Assembly (NCBI GenBank): GCA_951406725.2
Contig: OX597831.1
Coordinates: forward strand, 39,742,001 to 39,806,000
DNA from: Octopus vulgaris
Taxonomy: Eukaryota
Length of the DNA stretch: 64,000 nucleotides
Direction: 5' to 3'
Below the pieces are notes generated by a model. That model searched no databases. It had not been told where the DNA came from and saw only the letters and a program-made list of their open reading frames with translations. Of this stretch, positions 11,161 to 24,744 are shown piece by piece (within the stretch, counting starts at the first letter, position 1; each line of letters starts with the position of its first letter). Both the position numbers and the translations under genes were made by a program.

Positions 11161-11980
11161 ACTTTTATCTGTCCTGAGAGGATGATGAAAGAGACAAAGT
11201 TGATCTCAGCAGGATTTGAACTCAGGATGTAAAGATGCGGAAGTAATGCTGTAGAGCATTTCACTAACTATTAAGCCTGCTCGCTGCCTTCCAAAATGGT
11301 GATGATAAGAAAAATTATGTAAATAATGTGTGTGTGTGTGCGTGATATGTTCGTATACACAAATCGCTCCCTCATGTTTGTATATGTGTATATATGTGTG
11401 TGTGTATGTATGTATATATATATATGTGTGTGTGTGTTGATATATATATATATATTTACACACACACACACACACAAACAGTGAGAGAAGTAAATGAGAG
11501 AAGTAAATATTTCGAGAGATTATTGTATAGATAAACAGACAGATATTGAAGACAGCTTATAGATAGATAATAAGAGAGGTCTTTAAAGAAATATAATATA
11601 GAAAGACAGATAAATGGATGTATATTTAGAGATATATAGATAGATAGATAGACAGACAGACAGATAGATAATGAGGTAGATAGATATTCAGAGTGATAAT
11701 AGATAGGTAGGTAGGTGAATGAAGAAAGAGAGAAGAAGCGAAACGAAGGAATGTTTTCGATAATGTAAGCTTGCTGAATGGTAAACCATAATGCTGATGG
11801 CACTTCATTGTAATTAGCTGTATTTAAACGAGCTTTCAGCCTTGCCATGCTGGTTATGTTCCAGTAACTCAAGCTCGTTACAAATAATCAATTGTTATTC
11901 GAGTCACTTTCAATACAACTGCGAGAGCCATGTAATTTTATCTTCCATTTAAAGAAAGAAATAAAAATTACCAGACACAC

Positions 11981-12011
<31 letters not shown>

Positions 12012-12665
12012 CATACAAACATACATACATATATACAAACATGACGCACGCATGGGCATGTGCGTACGCACACATACACATGGGTATACCTGCACAGATG
12101 CATACATACACACCAATACACTTGCACGCATACATGTACTCAAACACATACAGGTATGTTTATACACACACACACATGCGCGCGCATGCCGGAGTGTGCT
12201 CACACATACACACAAGCAAGCTTGCAGACATACACACACACACACATGTATGTACTTAAACTAACACACTGTCATGCGTGCATTCACTTACATGTAAGCA
12301 CACATGGACATGCTTACACACACACACACACACACAGATATTCACTTATATATTTAGTCACACTTATATGAGTATGCATTGATGTACACTTCTATGTATA
12401 GCTTCATGCATACTTACTGACATGCATTGCTGATTCTGTGTGTGTTCATTTGTGTATGTGTTAGCAGAGAAGAGAGTGTGTGAGCGTGTGTCTATGAAAG
12501 CATCACGGTATATGCAAATGTATACTGCGACATGTTGCAACATGCTGCCTTTCTTGTGAATGCGCCGTTGCGTGCATGGCGCAGCGATTTCTCCACACAC
12601 CTAACCTTGTGAACACGCTAGCAAGCGAGTGTTGCTGAAATGAACACGCATACAAAAATGTCACA

Positions 12666-12710
<45 letters not shown>

Positions 12711-12922
12711 GAAATCACAAATACACGCACACATTCTTCCGTACACATACGAAAGAACACGCGACTGTCGCGCAGATGGATAATGACATTGTACGTGCAT
12801 ATACGCATGCTCACCTCACCGTAATGCACACGCATACACAATTATCTCGCGCTCTCTCTCTCTCTTCCTCTGTCCCTCGTTCATGTAGACAGGCATTAAG
12901 CTCTCAATTGTACTCCACAGTT

Positions 12923-12954
<32 letters not shown>

Positions 12955-13099
12955 CCCCACCCCACCTTCACATGCAGAAACACATGCACTTGGCTACCTT
13001 GTACACAACCATCTAACTTGTGAATAGCATCATACTAATGCATCTCATATTGGCAACTATTTCAAACACAGTCACATGCATTACAAGACCAACCACAAA

Positions 13100-13109
13100 C
13101 TATATATGC

Positions 13110-13162
<53 letters not shown>

Positions 13163-13259
13163 CATGTATGCATACAAACATTCATACAGTTTATATATAT
13201 ATATATATATATGCTTATATATATATGTATATATATATGTGTGTATATATATATATATA

Positions 13260-13324
<65 letters not shown>

Positions 13325-13325
13325 A

Positions 13326-13379
<54 letters not shown>

Positions 13380-13447
13380 TTATGCATACACACATTCATA
13401 CAGTTTATATACATATGCTTGTAAATATATATTATGTGTGTGTGTGT

Positions 13448-13490
<43 letters not shown>
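13100..13490. repeat. Compound (TA)n/(TG)n microsatellite
   Basis: Direct reading. Confidence 0.95.
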
Positions 13491-13609
13491 AATAAAAATT
13501 TATATATAAAGAGACAAACACAGAAAGCAGACAGGTCATTCGAAGCCTTTAATCTTCAGTCAGAAACTGGATCATCATAGCAAATTTCAGCTATATATAT
13601 ATATGTATT

Positions 13610-13895
13610 TCTTTTACTTGTTTCAGTCATTTGGCTGCAGCCATGCTGGAGCACCATCTTTAGTCAAACAAATCGGCTCCAGGGCTTATTCTTTGTAAGC
13701 CTAGCACTTATTCTATCGGTCTCTTTTGCAAAACCATTAAGTTTTTCAGTTTCCATCTACCAGATCCATTTACAAGGCTTTGGTCGGCTCGAGGCTATAG
13801 TAGAAGACACTTGCCCAAGGTGTCATACAGTCACTCTGAACCCAGAACCATGTGGTTGGGAAGCAAGCTTCTTACCACACAGCCACTCCTGTGCC
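13610..13895 (-). mobile_element. Family-A SINE with internal deletion
   Basis: Tail joined directly to the head half, microsatellite section missing. Confidence 0.8.
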
Positions 13896-14067
13896 TATAT
13901 ATATATAAACTAGTTTGATAAGTCCCAATGCATGAAACTCTTGCTCCTTGAGTCACTCTATTTAATATTTATAAAAATATGCATAAACTCTTATTTTGAG
14001 GTTTTTTTTTTTGTGTTTGCATCACCATACCTGTATGCTTATATATACATACAGATACATATACATA

Positions 14068-14147
<80 letters not shown>

Positions 14148-14150
<3 letters not shown>

Positions 14151-14286
14151 GCATTAGTAAGGGCATCCAGCTGTAGAAACTCTGCCAGATCAGATTGGAG
14201 CTTTGTGCAGCCATCAGGTTCGCCCGTCCTCAGTCAAATCGTCCAACCCATGCTAGCATGGAAAGCGGATATTAAACGATGATGAT
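14148..14286 (+). mobile_element. RTE-type LINE 3' end (family B)
   Basis: ggcattagtaagggcatccagctgtagaaac...ccaacccatgctagcatggaaagcggatattaaacgatgatgat. Confidence 0.8.
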
Positions 14287-14579
14287 ATATGCAAGTTTAT
14301 ATATGTACACACACACACACACACATAATAGAATGTTTATATAGGTACACAAACATATATGTACACACACGCGCGCACACATCCATAAATACGTGCACAT
14401 GTTTGAGCTTCGCAAAGTCCTTTGGCTCTGCACTTCATGCCGAACTGTCCAGCCTATGCCACCATGGGGTAAATGACATTAAATAATGATGATGATGATA
14501 GTGATATGTAACATCAACCTATAGACACACACACAGTTCTCCTTATACTTCATTATAACACTGCCTTACACATCACATA

Positions 14580-14782
14580 CACTATGTGCATTTTATACTT
14601 ACATAACATAATATTCCCTGATACACATACACACACTAACACGTGTGCACATGCATGCACAAACACACATGCAACACATATGCCGTGCATATAAATATAC
14701 ACACATTCCGTACATATACACTTGCACATTCCCTTAAGTATATGTAATATATATATATATATATGTATATATAATTCTAACC

Positions 14783-14822
<40 letters not shown>

Positions 14823-14946
14823 GCCATGTACATATTCTGTTCACAATAACATAATATCTATTCCCTGATGCACACACACACACACACAGCCCTAGCCTTA
14901 CATACTCTAATGTACATTTCATACTCACATAACATTCTCTGACGTG

Positions 14947-14985
<39 letters not shown>

Positions 14986-15150
14986 ACACATACACACTCA
15001 CACACTCACACCCTCCTTGTTTCTCACTAACACATGCACACTTGCACAACACTCCCTTAAACACAGACACACACACACACAAAGCCCTAACCTTACACAC
15101 ATACTCTAATGTACATTTCATACTCATATAACATTCCCTGACGTGTGCAC
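14580..15150. repeat. Degenerate tandem repeat with (CA)n spacers
   Basis: catactctaatgtacatttcatactca(c/t)ataacattc at about 14901 and 15100, with weaker copies upstream. Confidence 0.7.
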
Positions 15151-15367
15151 ACACACACACACACACGTACATACACACAGAAACAGGCACACACAGAAAC
15201 ACACGCATGCAAACACACACACACACACACATATACACACAACCCCATTACTTATCTCTGATGAATTGTAATTCTTTCATTTCACTAACTTCAAAATGTT
15301 TTATTGATTTGATAGCTGAAATATTTTTATTTCATTGACTGCCAGATGTATTAAACACTCTCTCTGC

Positions 15368-15421
<54 letters not shown>

Positions 15422-15519
15422 ATGTGCAGAACTGCTTGATACGTTACATTGTGTTGTGTATATGAAACACTAGTGACTGTATAGGTGATTATTATATATA
15501 TGTATGTATGTATGTGTAG

Positions 15520-15606
15520 ATGTGTGTATAACTGCTAGATGCTTTAAATGTGTGTGTGTGTGTCTGTAGGTGATGATTTGTTTGTGTCTGTCTGTCTCTC
15601 TCTCTG

Positions 15607-15638
<32 letters not shown>

Positions 15639-15907
15639 TATATATGTCTGTATGTGTGTTGATAATTGTGGATGTATATAAATATGTGTGTGTATAACTG
15701 CTAGATGCATTAAAAATTTTGTATGTGTGTGGATGATGTGTCTGTGTGTGTGATGATAGTATAATATGTGTGTGTTTTTGTGTGTGTGTAACTGTTAGAT
15801 GCATTAAATATTGTATGGAGATTATGATCATAATGATTATGTTAATATAAATGTGTGTGTGTGTGTATAACTGCCAGATTATTATGTATGAATGCATTAG
15901 TTTTATG

Positions 15908-15938
<31 letters not shown>

Positions 15939-16090
15939 TATTAGCTGCTATATAAATATGTGTGTATCCAGAGGTTGTGGATATGTATGTGTTTGTGTGT
16001 GTAGAAGTGTATACCTCTCTATATAGGTGTTTGCCGTTAACTGCTGTATATGTATGTATGTATGTGTATAACTACCAGTTGTATAAAACA
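15520..16090. repeat. Degenerate tandem repeat (gtgtataactgctagatgcattaaa)
   Basis: Motif recurs about 5 times separated by (TG)n/(TA)n. Confidence 0.7.
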
Positions 16091-17054
16091 CTATTGTGTA
16101 TATGTGTGTGCATGCGTGTGTGTATGTATGTATGTGTACACACATACAGACACAATGGTGGTGGCTCTGTGCATGTATGTGTATGTATTGTGTGTGTATA
16201 TGTACATAGTTGTGGTTGTACATATATATATATATACGTGAGTGTATCCTTTTTTTCTAATGCTTTTATTTTAAAATATTCTTCTCGTTTAATGTAAAAA
16301 CAATGTTTATTTACTCTCTGTAGAAATACATAGTAAAAATCGGAGTGTGTGTGTGTGTGTGTGTTGTATGTGTGTATATGTTGTATGTGTATGTGCCAAG
16401 TTGTATAAAGGAGACAGGGAGTTAACAATATTTTGAAATGTGGAAAAAAATAAAAGCGCATAAAAAAATATTTACAAGAAACAGCAATTTATATATATGT
16501 ATGCATGTATGTATATTCAGTACAGATGTATATATATATATATTTATTTCTTTGTGTGTATAATGTATTTTTTCCTGTGTTTGTATTTGCCTGTATTGCA
16601 AATGGTTTTGTTACGATTCCTGCACTGGGCAAGAATTAGGTCAGAAATCTTTCATGATCGATGTTGTGTTCTTTGTCTTTGCCCTTCTTCAAACAATGGT
16701 GGTTGGCCATATTGGCTTTTCCCCCTGCCTCCACTTTCCCCTATATTGAAGGTGGGTTATTTGCCCAGGCATTTCCTGTCTGTAAGGCAAATGAACATAC
16801 ATTTTTTTGCTTACCTGTAAAGGCGACCTGCATATTTTTGACTGTTGGCATATTATGTATATAAATAAGGACACAGAGAGTTTTTTTTTACATGCATTTC
16901 TACACAGAGTTCACACTGGTTCAATGTAAAAAGTGCTGGTGATGGTGCCACGTAAAAAGCACCAAATCTGGTACTATGCAAAAAGCATCTGGTACACTCT
17001 GTAAAGTGGTTGGCATTGGGAAGAGCATCCAGCTGTAGAAACCAAACCAAGGTT

Positions 17055-17240
17055 CATGTTGATCGACCAATGCCACATGGTCACAGCTGATGAAGAGGTA
17101 TCTCACAGAGATGGGGACTAGTTGGGACCCTGCTGAACAATTTGTCCAGCAGGACTCAGGAATATATCATATCAACAATCAATAAACGGTGACTGCAGCT
17201 ATGCACTGTAACAATGCATGCTTCCCCCACACTTGACCAT
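17055..17240 (+). mobile_element. Old RTE-type LINE ORF C-terminus remnant
   Basis: Reads (RP)..ATWSQLMKRYLTEMGTSWDPA...VTAAMHCNNACFP, resembling the GRP..TW...V.AAMRC...C.P end of RTE/RTEX elements. Confidence 0.5.
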
Positions 17241-18751
17241 ACCTAATTGGGGTCTCATAAGAGGTGTCTACATCATTTGACCAGTCTCAGAGAAACAACC
17301 GGCCAATCTGTTTATATGCACATCGACTCTAGTGACTCTAGGGACCTGGAATTACTAATTTGCATATTACAAGTAATATGTGCAATACATATTGTGTGTA
17401 CAAGTTTTGCCATTGCAAAGTGGACACATGTCTTTGCCAGTTTGCAAAGTTGATGGTCAAGCATTGTCTACATGTTCAATGGACATACAAGCTTTATTTA
17501 TATCTAAGGTGCGCATGCTTTGCCCACATGGGAAGTGGCCATAGTTAGCTTACATGTACAATTGGTATAGTATGCCTACAGGTAAACTGGACATCTATAG
17601 TTTGCCTGTAGGGAAGGACACATTGGCTAGTGTAACCCTAGATACGCTTATGTTTGAGGCAGGGGAAACACAATTGCAGTGCCTTTGATCATAAGACTTT
17701 TTAATTTATGCTGACCTGGATAGTGTTGGGGGGGGGGGGGGGTTAAACCAGAAGTATACTACCATCACCACTATCGCTACTACTACTACTACTACTACTA
17801 CCATTATTGTTACTTCTGCAATTAGTACTACCGCTGCAACTGCAACAACCACAACCGTTGCAACCTTCACCACCAATACTGTCACCATTTCCAACCAACA
17901 CCTCCACCACCACTGCCTACATCACTATCACCACCTACATACAACTCTACCTTCTAAGTCTCATCACCACCACCACCGCCTTCACCACGACCAACATTCT
18001 TACTGCCACCACTGCCTACACTACTACCACCACCACCACCACTACCCATAACCCTACCACCACCACCTCCACCGCCCATACCACCACCACCATTATGTAA
18101 AGCAGTCCTGTGTAGGAACAATTGCTCATCTTCCAGCTGAAGTCTCGCATGTAATTTGATGAAGCCTTAATCTCTTCAAGTCTTTATTGTAGCATATTTG
18201 TCTGCAGCAAACAGCACTCCTCACATACATTAGCAGTCGTTGTTGTTTTTGTTGTGTGTTTATTGTGTACAGGAAGGGTGTGTGTGTGTGTATGTATGTA
18301 TACACACATCATGCATTAATCCACATGTATATCCATTCATACATACCCTCACACCTTATATATGCACACACATACATACCTATATATACATGCATACACA
18401 CATATGTACATGCACATATATCATACATTAATCTATGCATGCTTCCATTTATGTCTACACAAACTTACACACACACACACATATATATATATATACATAT
18501 ACAAACACAAGCTTGTGTGTATATTTGCCAATATGTTCACATAAAGAGACTCATAAAAATGTTTACCCTTATAGTACCACACACAGACACACACACACAA
18601 TCACCTCAAAGTCACATGCACACACATTCATAATTTTCTGTTTTTTATTGTTAAAATAATAATTATTATTACTATTATCTCTTTTTTGCTGAAATTTGCA
18701 ACTTAATCCTTGTATATATATATATATATATATATATATTCATTTATATTT

Positions 18752-18852
18752 ATATTTGTTTTTCTTTTTTGTTTCAGGTAAGAATGAAATTTTATCGAGT
18801 TTCTAAACACTTTGGAAGGAGGCAGAGTTGAATGGGAATATGAGAGGTAAAG
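18752..18852 (+). other. Candidate recursive splice site / 69-nt non-coding exon (18778-18846)
   Basis: Polypyrimidine tract TTTGTTTTTCTTTTTTGTTTCAG immediately followed by GTAAGA; downstream donor GAG|GTAAAG at 18846/18847; stops in all three frames. Confidence 0.4.
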
Positions 18853-19257
18853 AAAAAAAACAAAACAAAAACAAATAAAAGCTCTACCGCTGCATATTTG
18901 TAGGGTTGTTGTTCTAGATGCAAAAACCTTCAGTTAGCATTTTATTGGTGAGTTCTCTATTACGTATTTGGTTACCTTGTTGATACCACTGGAATGAATG
19001 ACAAGCTAAAGGGAAAAGAAAAAAAAATCCTCATTCATTTGAGCTGCTGAAAGCTTTTGTGAGTGGATTTAGTAGATGAGAACTGAAAGTAAGCGCCAGT
19101 TGTCTGTGTTTCTGCTCCACTTTTGTTCAATGACAAAAAAAAAAAAAGTCCTGGGGTTGATTCGTTTGATGAAACACTTTAAGGCAGTGCTCCAGTATGG
19201 CTGCAGCCAAATCACTGAAATAGGTAAGTGATAAAAAGCTAAAAGATGTACATGCTC

Positions 19258-19371
19258 TTTACTCTTTTACTTTTTTTTTACTTGTTTCAGTCATTTGACT
19301 GCAGCCATGCTGGAGCACCGCCTTTGGTCGAAGGGGGACAAATACAGACACACAAACATATACACACATAT

Positions 19372-19410
<39 letters not shown>

Positions 19411-19577
19411 TATACGATGGGCTTCTTTCAGTTTCCGTCTACCAAATTCACCCACAAGGCTTTGGTCGGCCCGAGGCTATAGTAGAGGACACTTGCTCAA
19501 GGTGTCACACAGTGGGAATGAACCCGGAATCATGTGGTTGGTAAGCAAGCTACTTACCACACAGCCACTCCTGCGCC
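19258..19577 (-). mobile_element. Family-A SINE with internal deletion
   Basis: Reverse-complement family-A head and tail. Confidence 0.85.
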
Positions 19578-19809
19578 TACATACATATGTGCACATGAAT
19601 GTGTGTGTGTGTGTGTGTGTGTGTATCAATCAAAGGTAAAAAAACGTGCTATCATTACACAGACACACACACACACACAGACCTGCATGCATGCACATAT
19701 CCATACATACACTCACATACTTCCTTCTCTTGCACTCTCCTGTCTTTGAAAGAATTTCCTCACCCATTCCCTTCCAGTCATTCAATATGTGACTGCGTGT
19801 GTATCGTTG

Positions 19810-19998
19810 TCGATTTTTTTTTTTACCGCCGTCTTCCTTTCCTTGGGTCTTTCCTTTTCCTATGTTTCTGACGAAGAGCTCTGCTCGAAACGTTAAATCC
19901 TCCTTCTTTCCTTTCCTGAGCGTCCAATAACACTATACTTGTTCCACGTCCTCGCGTTGTTGTGTTTTCTCTTTGTGTTTTCATATTTGGATTAACTA
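19810..19998 (+). mobile_element. Penelope-like terminal fragment P1 with minimal hammerhead 19864-19898
   Basis: GUUU-CUGACGA-A-GAGC ucu GCUC-GAAAC-GU-U-AAAU; core intact. Confidence 0.7.
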
Positions 19999-20074
19999 TA
20001 TATATATATTTATATATATATATAAACAAATACGTCTGTATAAACAATGAAATCAAAGATGAAAAAAATGTAAT

Positions 20075-20121
20075 GGGTGTACATGCATATTTCGAGAATT
20101 ATTGCCTTTTCATCAGTACCA
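20075..20121 (-). ncRNA. Decayed hammerhead motif
   Basis: GGUA-CUGAUGA-aaaggcaauaauucuc-GAAA-UAUGCAUG-UA-CACC; core intact, helix II eroded. Confidence 0.5.
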
Positions 20122-21689
20122 CATCTAATCCATCAATGCTGAATCCTTGCCATCAATTAATTTATATATATATTAGGCACAGGAGTAACTGAGTGCTAAG
20201 AAGTTTGCTTTTGAACCACATGGTTCCAGGTTCAGTCCCATTGTGTGACATTTTGGGCATGTGGTTGGAGCTGGTGGACAGAAACTGAAAGAAGCATGTT
20301 GTGTATGTGTGTATATGTATTTGAGTTTGTTCCCACCATTACTTGACAACCGGTATTGGTGTTTCAGGATGGCTGCATCCTAAAGGATGGAACTGGTAAA
20401 AGCTAAGTGATAAAATATATAGAATGCATGTGTGTGTTTGTGTGTAATATATATGTATATATTTAAATGAGGTTATTAACCCCCGTGAAAGATCATGGGG
20501 GTCTTATGGCAAATCGAATCGATAATTTTAACGTTGCATGGTGGAGTGGGGTGTCTGATAAGTTCTGAATCATGTTTGCTGTCTCTCTCCCGAGCAGACT
20601 ATTAATATCTGTTACAAATCATGCTGCGCGACATGCAATATAGATTCCCACAGCAAGTGCGTGGAGGCAAATTACACAAAACGCCATACAGCATGTGAAT
20701 TAACTAGAGAATCGTTTTTAACCTTGCTCTACATTTCTTTCCCTCCTTTCTTTGCCCTTCCACTCCCCCCCCCCCTCCCACTTTCTTTCACCTTCACTCT
20801 CACAATTGCCCCTCCCACACTACTCTCTCTTGCTATATCTCATACTTCTTCACTACAGTCTCTCTCTCAGCTCACAAGGTCTGATGGAGTACATTAACTG
20901 GTATTACTGTCATCGCTTCATAAAGCACTTGTTTTTCTTTCCTCTTTTTTTTTTTTGTGTAGTTTTGTTCCAACAACTTGTTTGCTTGTAACCTCCACAC
21001 ACCATCATTTCCTCTTCATATTATTATTAATTTTATTATTATTATTACTACTACTACTAGTGTTGTTGTTGTTGTTATTATTACATTAGGAATTTTCCTC
21101 TGGAAATTCATTTCCAAATTCTTCGACGTTTCTGGCTTATAATCTTATCATCTGTAAAATTGTTCCACCAAGTTGAAGAATTGCACTGCAATTCTCCAGA
21201 CATTCTAGCAGTTTATGATCCAATTTAAAACAGTTCCCAGTCACCATCACCTCCACCCCCACCCGCCCCTGCTGCTGGTTCTCCCCCTCCCCTATTGTGT
21301 AGTTTAATTCTTTTTATTAACTTTTTTTTTTTATTATTATTTCACACCTCTGGTTTTATGAATTTTTTTTATTGTTCTGACTTTTTGTTTTTGTTGCTGC
21401 AGAAAAAAAAAAAAAACCCAAAAACTCTTGTCAGGTTATTGTCAAGGTTGTTTATCGTTAGGACAGTTGTTCTCGATCAAGCAGACCTATAACCAAAACC
21501 CATTCCTACCAATGACCATCCAGTCTTATTTGCAGGAAGACCACACTTCAAATGAGTGACGGAAATCAGCATAGAGTGTATTTGTATGTTATGTATGCTG
21601 GTTGATATTGTAGCTCTGACATGGGGCCATCTTTCTGTCTGTTCCAACTAGCAATAAACACGTTTACTAATCATACCTGGTTACACAAA

Positions 21690-21876
21690 TTTTTATCTGT
21701 TCTATGTTAAACCTGGCCAGATCCAGCTTCTCACACCTACCCTACAACGTCATTCCCAATATAAACAATTGTATCTTCAAAGTCATGATGATATAAGCTA
21801 ATGCAAGATTAATTCAAAACAATGTGAATAAATAAGAATTATATTCGACTAAGTAATCTGAAAGCTAAAGGGTTAA
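21690..21876. mobile_element. piggyBac-like MITE fragment (second TTAA family); relatives at about 23105-23260, 49235-49452 and 54500-54690
   Basis: Ends CTAAAGGGTTAA; shared internal motifs ggccagatccagc, ttcaaaacaatgtgaataaataag, gtaatctgaa. Confidence 0.55.
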
Positions 21877-21899
21877 AGTTTTTGTTCTTAAATCGAAAT

Positions 21900-22057
21900 A
21901 AGGAGTGACTGTGTGGTAAGTAGCTTGCTCACCAACCACATGGTTCCGGGTTCATTCCCACTGTGTGGCACCTTGGGCAAGTGTCTTCTACTATGGCTTC
22001 GGGCTGACCAAAGCCTTGTGAGTAGATTTGGTAGACGAAAACTGAAAGAATCCCATC

Positions 22058-22103
<46 letters not shown>

Positions 22104-22320
22104 ATGTTCATGTGTTTGTGTTTGTCCCCATCCAACATCACTTGACAACTGATGCTGGTGTGTTTGCGTTCCCATAACATTAGCGGTTCGGCAAAAGTGA
22201 CCGATAGAATAAGTACTAGGCTTACAAAGAATAAGTCCTGGGGTCGATTTGCTCGACTAAAGGTGGTGCTCCAGCACAGCTGCAGTCAAATGACTGAAAC
22301 AAGTAAAAGAGTAAAGAGTA
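21900..22320 (+). mobile_element. Family-A SINE, near full length
   Basis: Head, internal (TA)n(TG)n, GTAAAAGAGTAAAGAG tail. Confidence 0.9.
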
Positions 22321-22480
22321 TACCTACCGTCCTGAGTTTAACTAAATTTGTTCCAACCCTTTAACATTTAACCTTTTAAGCCAGGGCTGTGGAGTCGAAA
22401 CAAAAGACTCTGACTCCTCTACTATTGGCACCTCTGACTCCGACTTCTCTTTATGTAATTAAGTGATTGTGGTCTACATA

Positions 22481-22994
22481 TCTATATATATAAAACTGTA
22501 GTTGTGTGAGTGTCTGTCCCCTTCAATTTAGATTCCTAACTACTCCCACATTTTGCAGTGCAGTTTAACCAAATTCGGGTATCTTATAGTCGTAATTCAT
22601 ATTGAGCCCGTCTGAGTATTAGCGCGTGTCTACGATGAGTCTACGATTTAAAAAATAATTTAACATCATTTTTTTATTCCATTTTAATGCATAATTTTTC
22701 GTCTGTCGATGGCGGCGGAGTTGGCGTCCATGGTCACACCTGCACCTGTTTGCTTCTCCCCCTTCTTCCCTCCCTCGTGAAGCTGTGGGGAAGGGAGTGT
22801 AAGAATATCAACGTCGTAAAGCGTTGTCAAGGAGACCAGCGTTCTTTTAGAACAACGACTTCATGGCTTGAAGACACCAAAACAGAAATGGCTAAGAAAG
22901 CCCGAATTGGCATCTATAAGGGAAGTAACTCTCTAAAAATGCTTATATAGTTATTTCCCTTACAAACCCGAGCAACGCCGGGAGATACTGCTAG
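22481..22994 (+). mobile_element. Non-autonomous Helitron
   Basis: 5' A|TCTATATATATAAAA; 3' hairpin CCCGAGCAACGCCGGG then CTAG|T; A/T insertion site with no TSD; CpG-rich interior. Confidence 0.8.
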
Positions 22995-23574
22995 TATCTC
23001 ATAAAGCTTATGTATATGCTTGTCCTTTGAGTAGGCCTATATCTTATAACTGGTTTATATTAAATAATAAAGATGTTGTGAGTCGGTACAGTTTTACTGG
23101 CTCTGACATTATTTCACGATTCCAAGATTTCAATGGTTTCATTGTTTATTTTTAAAATGATAACATAAGGTTGCTATGAAAGACCATACCTGTCCACTTT
23201 GACAATAAAACAGGTGAAACATTTTGGCCAGATATGTCCAGTTTAAACACTAAAGGGTTAAACCAGCCATACCTGGCACCAAATATTTCTACCTGTTTAA
23301 CCCACGGGTTAGCAAATTTCTATTGAAATGTACGAATTTGGTTCTAATTAAGAATTTAGTAAAATAATTTTGTTGTAATTGGTTTGGGGTCAGTACATAA
23401 ATTAACATGATGGTTTGATGGAGAGTCTTGATTAAAGTCACTTTTAAAAACAGGATGTTTGCATCATTACCATCAGTGGTGGTCTCGAGTGGATAGATTG
23501 GTTTCAGGATTGTTAATATTTAAACTGGTGAGAACCAGCTATGAGATAATGCATGATTAATTCATAACAGTATG

Positions 23575-23753
23575 AAGGTGTGGCTGTGTGGTAAGAAGTT
23601 TGCTTTCCAGCCACATGGTTCTGGGTTCAGACTCACTTGACCACAGGTTCCTGGGTTCAGATCTGCTGCATGGCACCTTCAGCAAGTGATTTTTTTCTAT
23701 AGCCTTAACTTGACCAAACCTTTGTGACTGGACTTCGTAGATATATGTATATA

Positions 23754-23810
<57 letters not shown>

Positions 23811-24400
23811 ATATATATATGTATGTATGTATGTATATCGTTGATGATTTTCTTTCTCCATCTTCCCTTCCTTGGACCTTTCCTTCTGTGTTTCTGACGA
23901 AGGCCTCCGCTCGAAACGTTAAATCCTCCTTCTTTCTTTCCTTTCCTGAGCGCCCAATAACACTATACTTGTTCCACGTCCTCATGTTGTTGTGATTTCT
24001 CTTTGTTCATGTTTGGAGTAACTGTATGTGTATATATATATATGTGTGTGTATAATGTGTGTGTGTGTATATAATGTGTGTGTGTGTGTGTGTGTATGTA
24101 TGTGTGTGTGTGTGTATAATGTGTGTGTGTGTGTATATAATGTGTGTGTGTGTATAATGTGTGTGTGTGTGTGTGTGACTTTGTGTCTCTGTTTGTCCCA
24201 CACCACTGCTTAACAACCGGTGTTGGTTTGTTTATGTCCCCCGTAACTTAGCGGTTCGGCAGAAGAGACTGATAAAATAAGTACCTGGCTTAACAGGGTG
24301 GGGGTGGGGAGACTGATATGGGATTCATTCAACTTTAAATTTCTTCTAAGTAGTGCCCCAGTATGGCTGCAGTCAAATGAGTGACAGAAGTCAAAAGGTA
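23575..24400 (+). mobile_element. Family-A SINE whose internal microsatellite is interrupted by a P1 Penelope-like fragment (23835-24022)
   Basis: Head at 23575-23745, tail at 24180-24400, P1 segment with HHR-like motif 23890-23924 between them. Confidence 0.7.
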
Positions 24401-24744
24401 GAAGATGTATAAAACTTATTTTTGACAGGATAATCTGAATGGCAAAGGGATTAATGTGCTAAGTGTATCTTGACAGTTTGAAGATAGTTTGGGTGTAATT
24501 TGAAGGAGGAGAATTGACTGTTGTTTCTAGTAGGCCACGACATTGTCACAGCTGACCATCATTGATGTGTCTGGTGTGTGTGTGTGTGTGTGAGAGAGAG
24601 AGTGGAGGGGTGGATTTAGAGAAGAAATGATTTGTAAAAGATCTGATATGTCTTGCCGTGTTTTATTCCTGGAGAAAAACGTCCATCTGTGCATGGTTCC
24701 AGCTCGTCTCTTTTATCAAAGTGCACACTGTTGGTTGGCTGACA

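Noticed and set aside
13530-13565. Minus-strand CUGAAGA...GAAU motif
   Set aside because: Helix II does not pair and GAAA is incomplete
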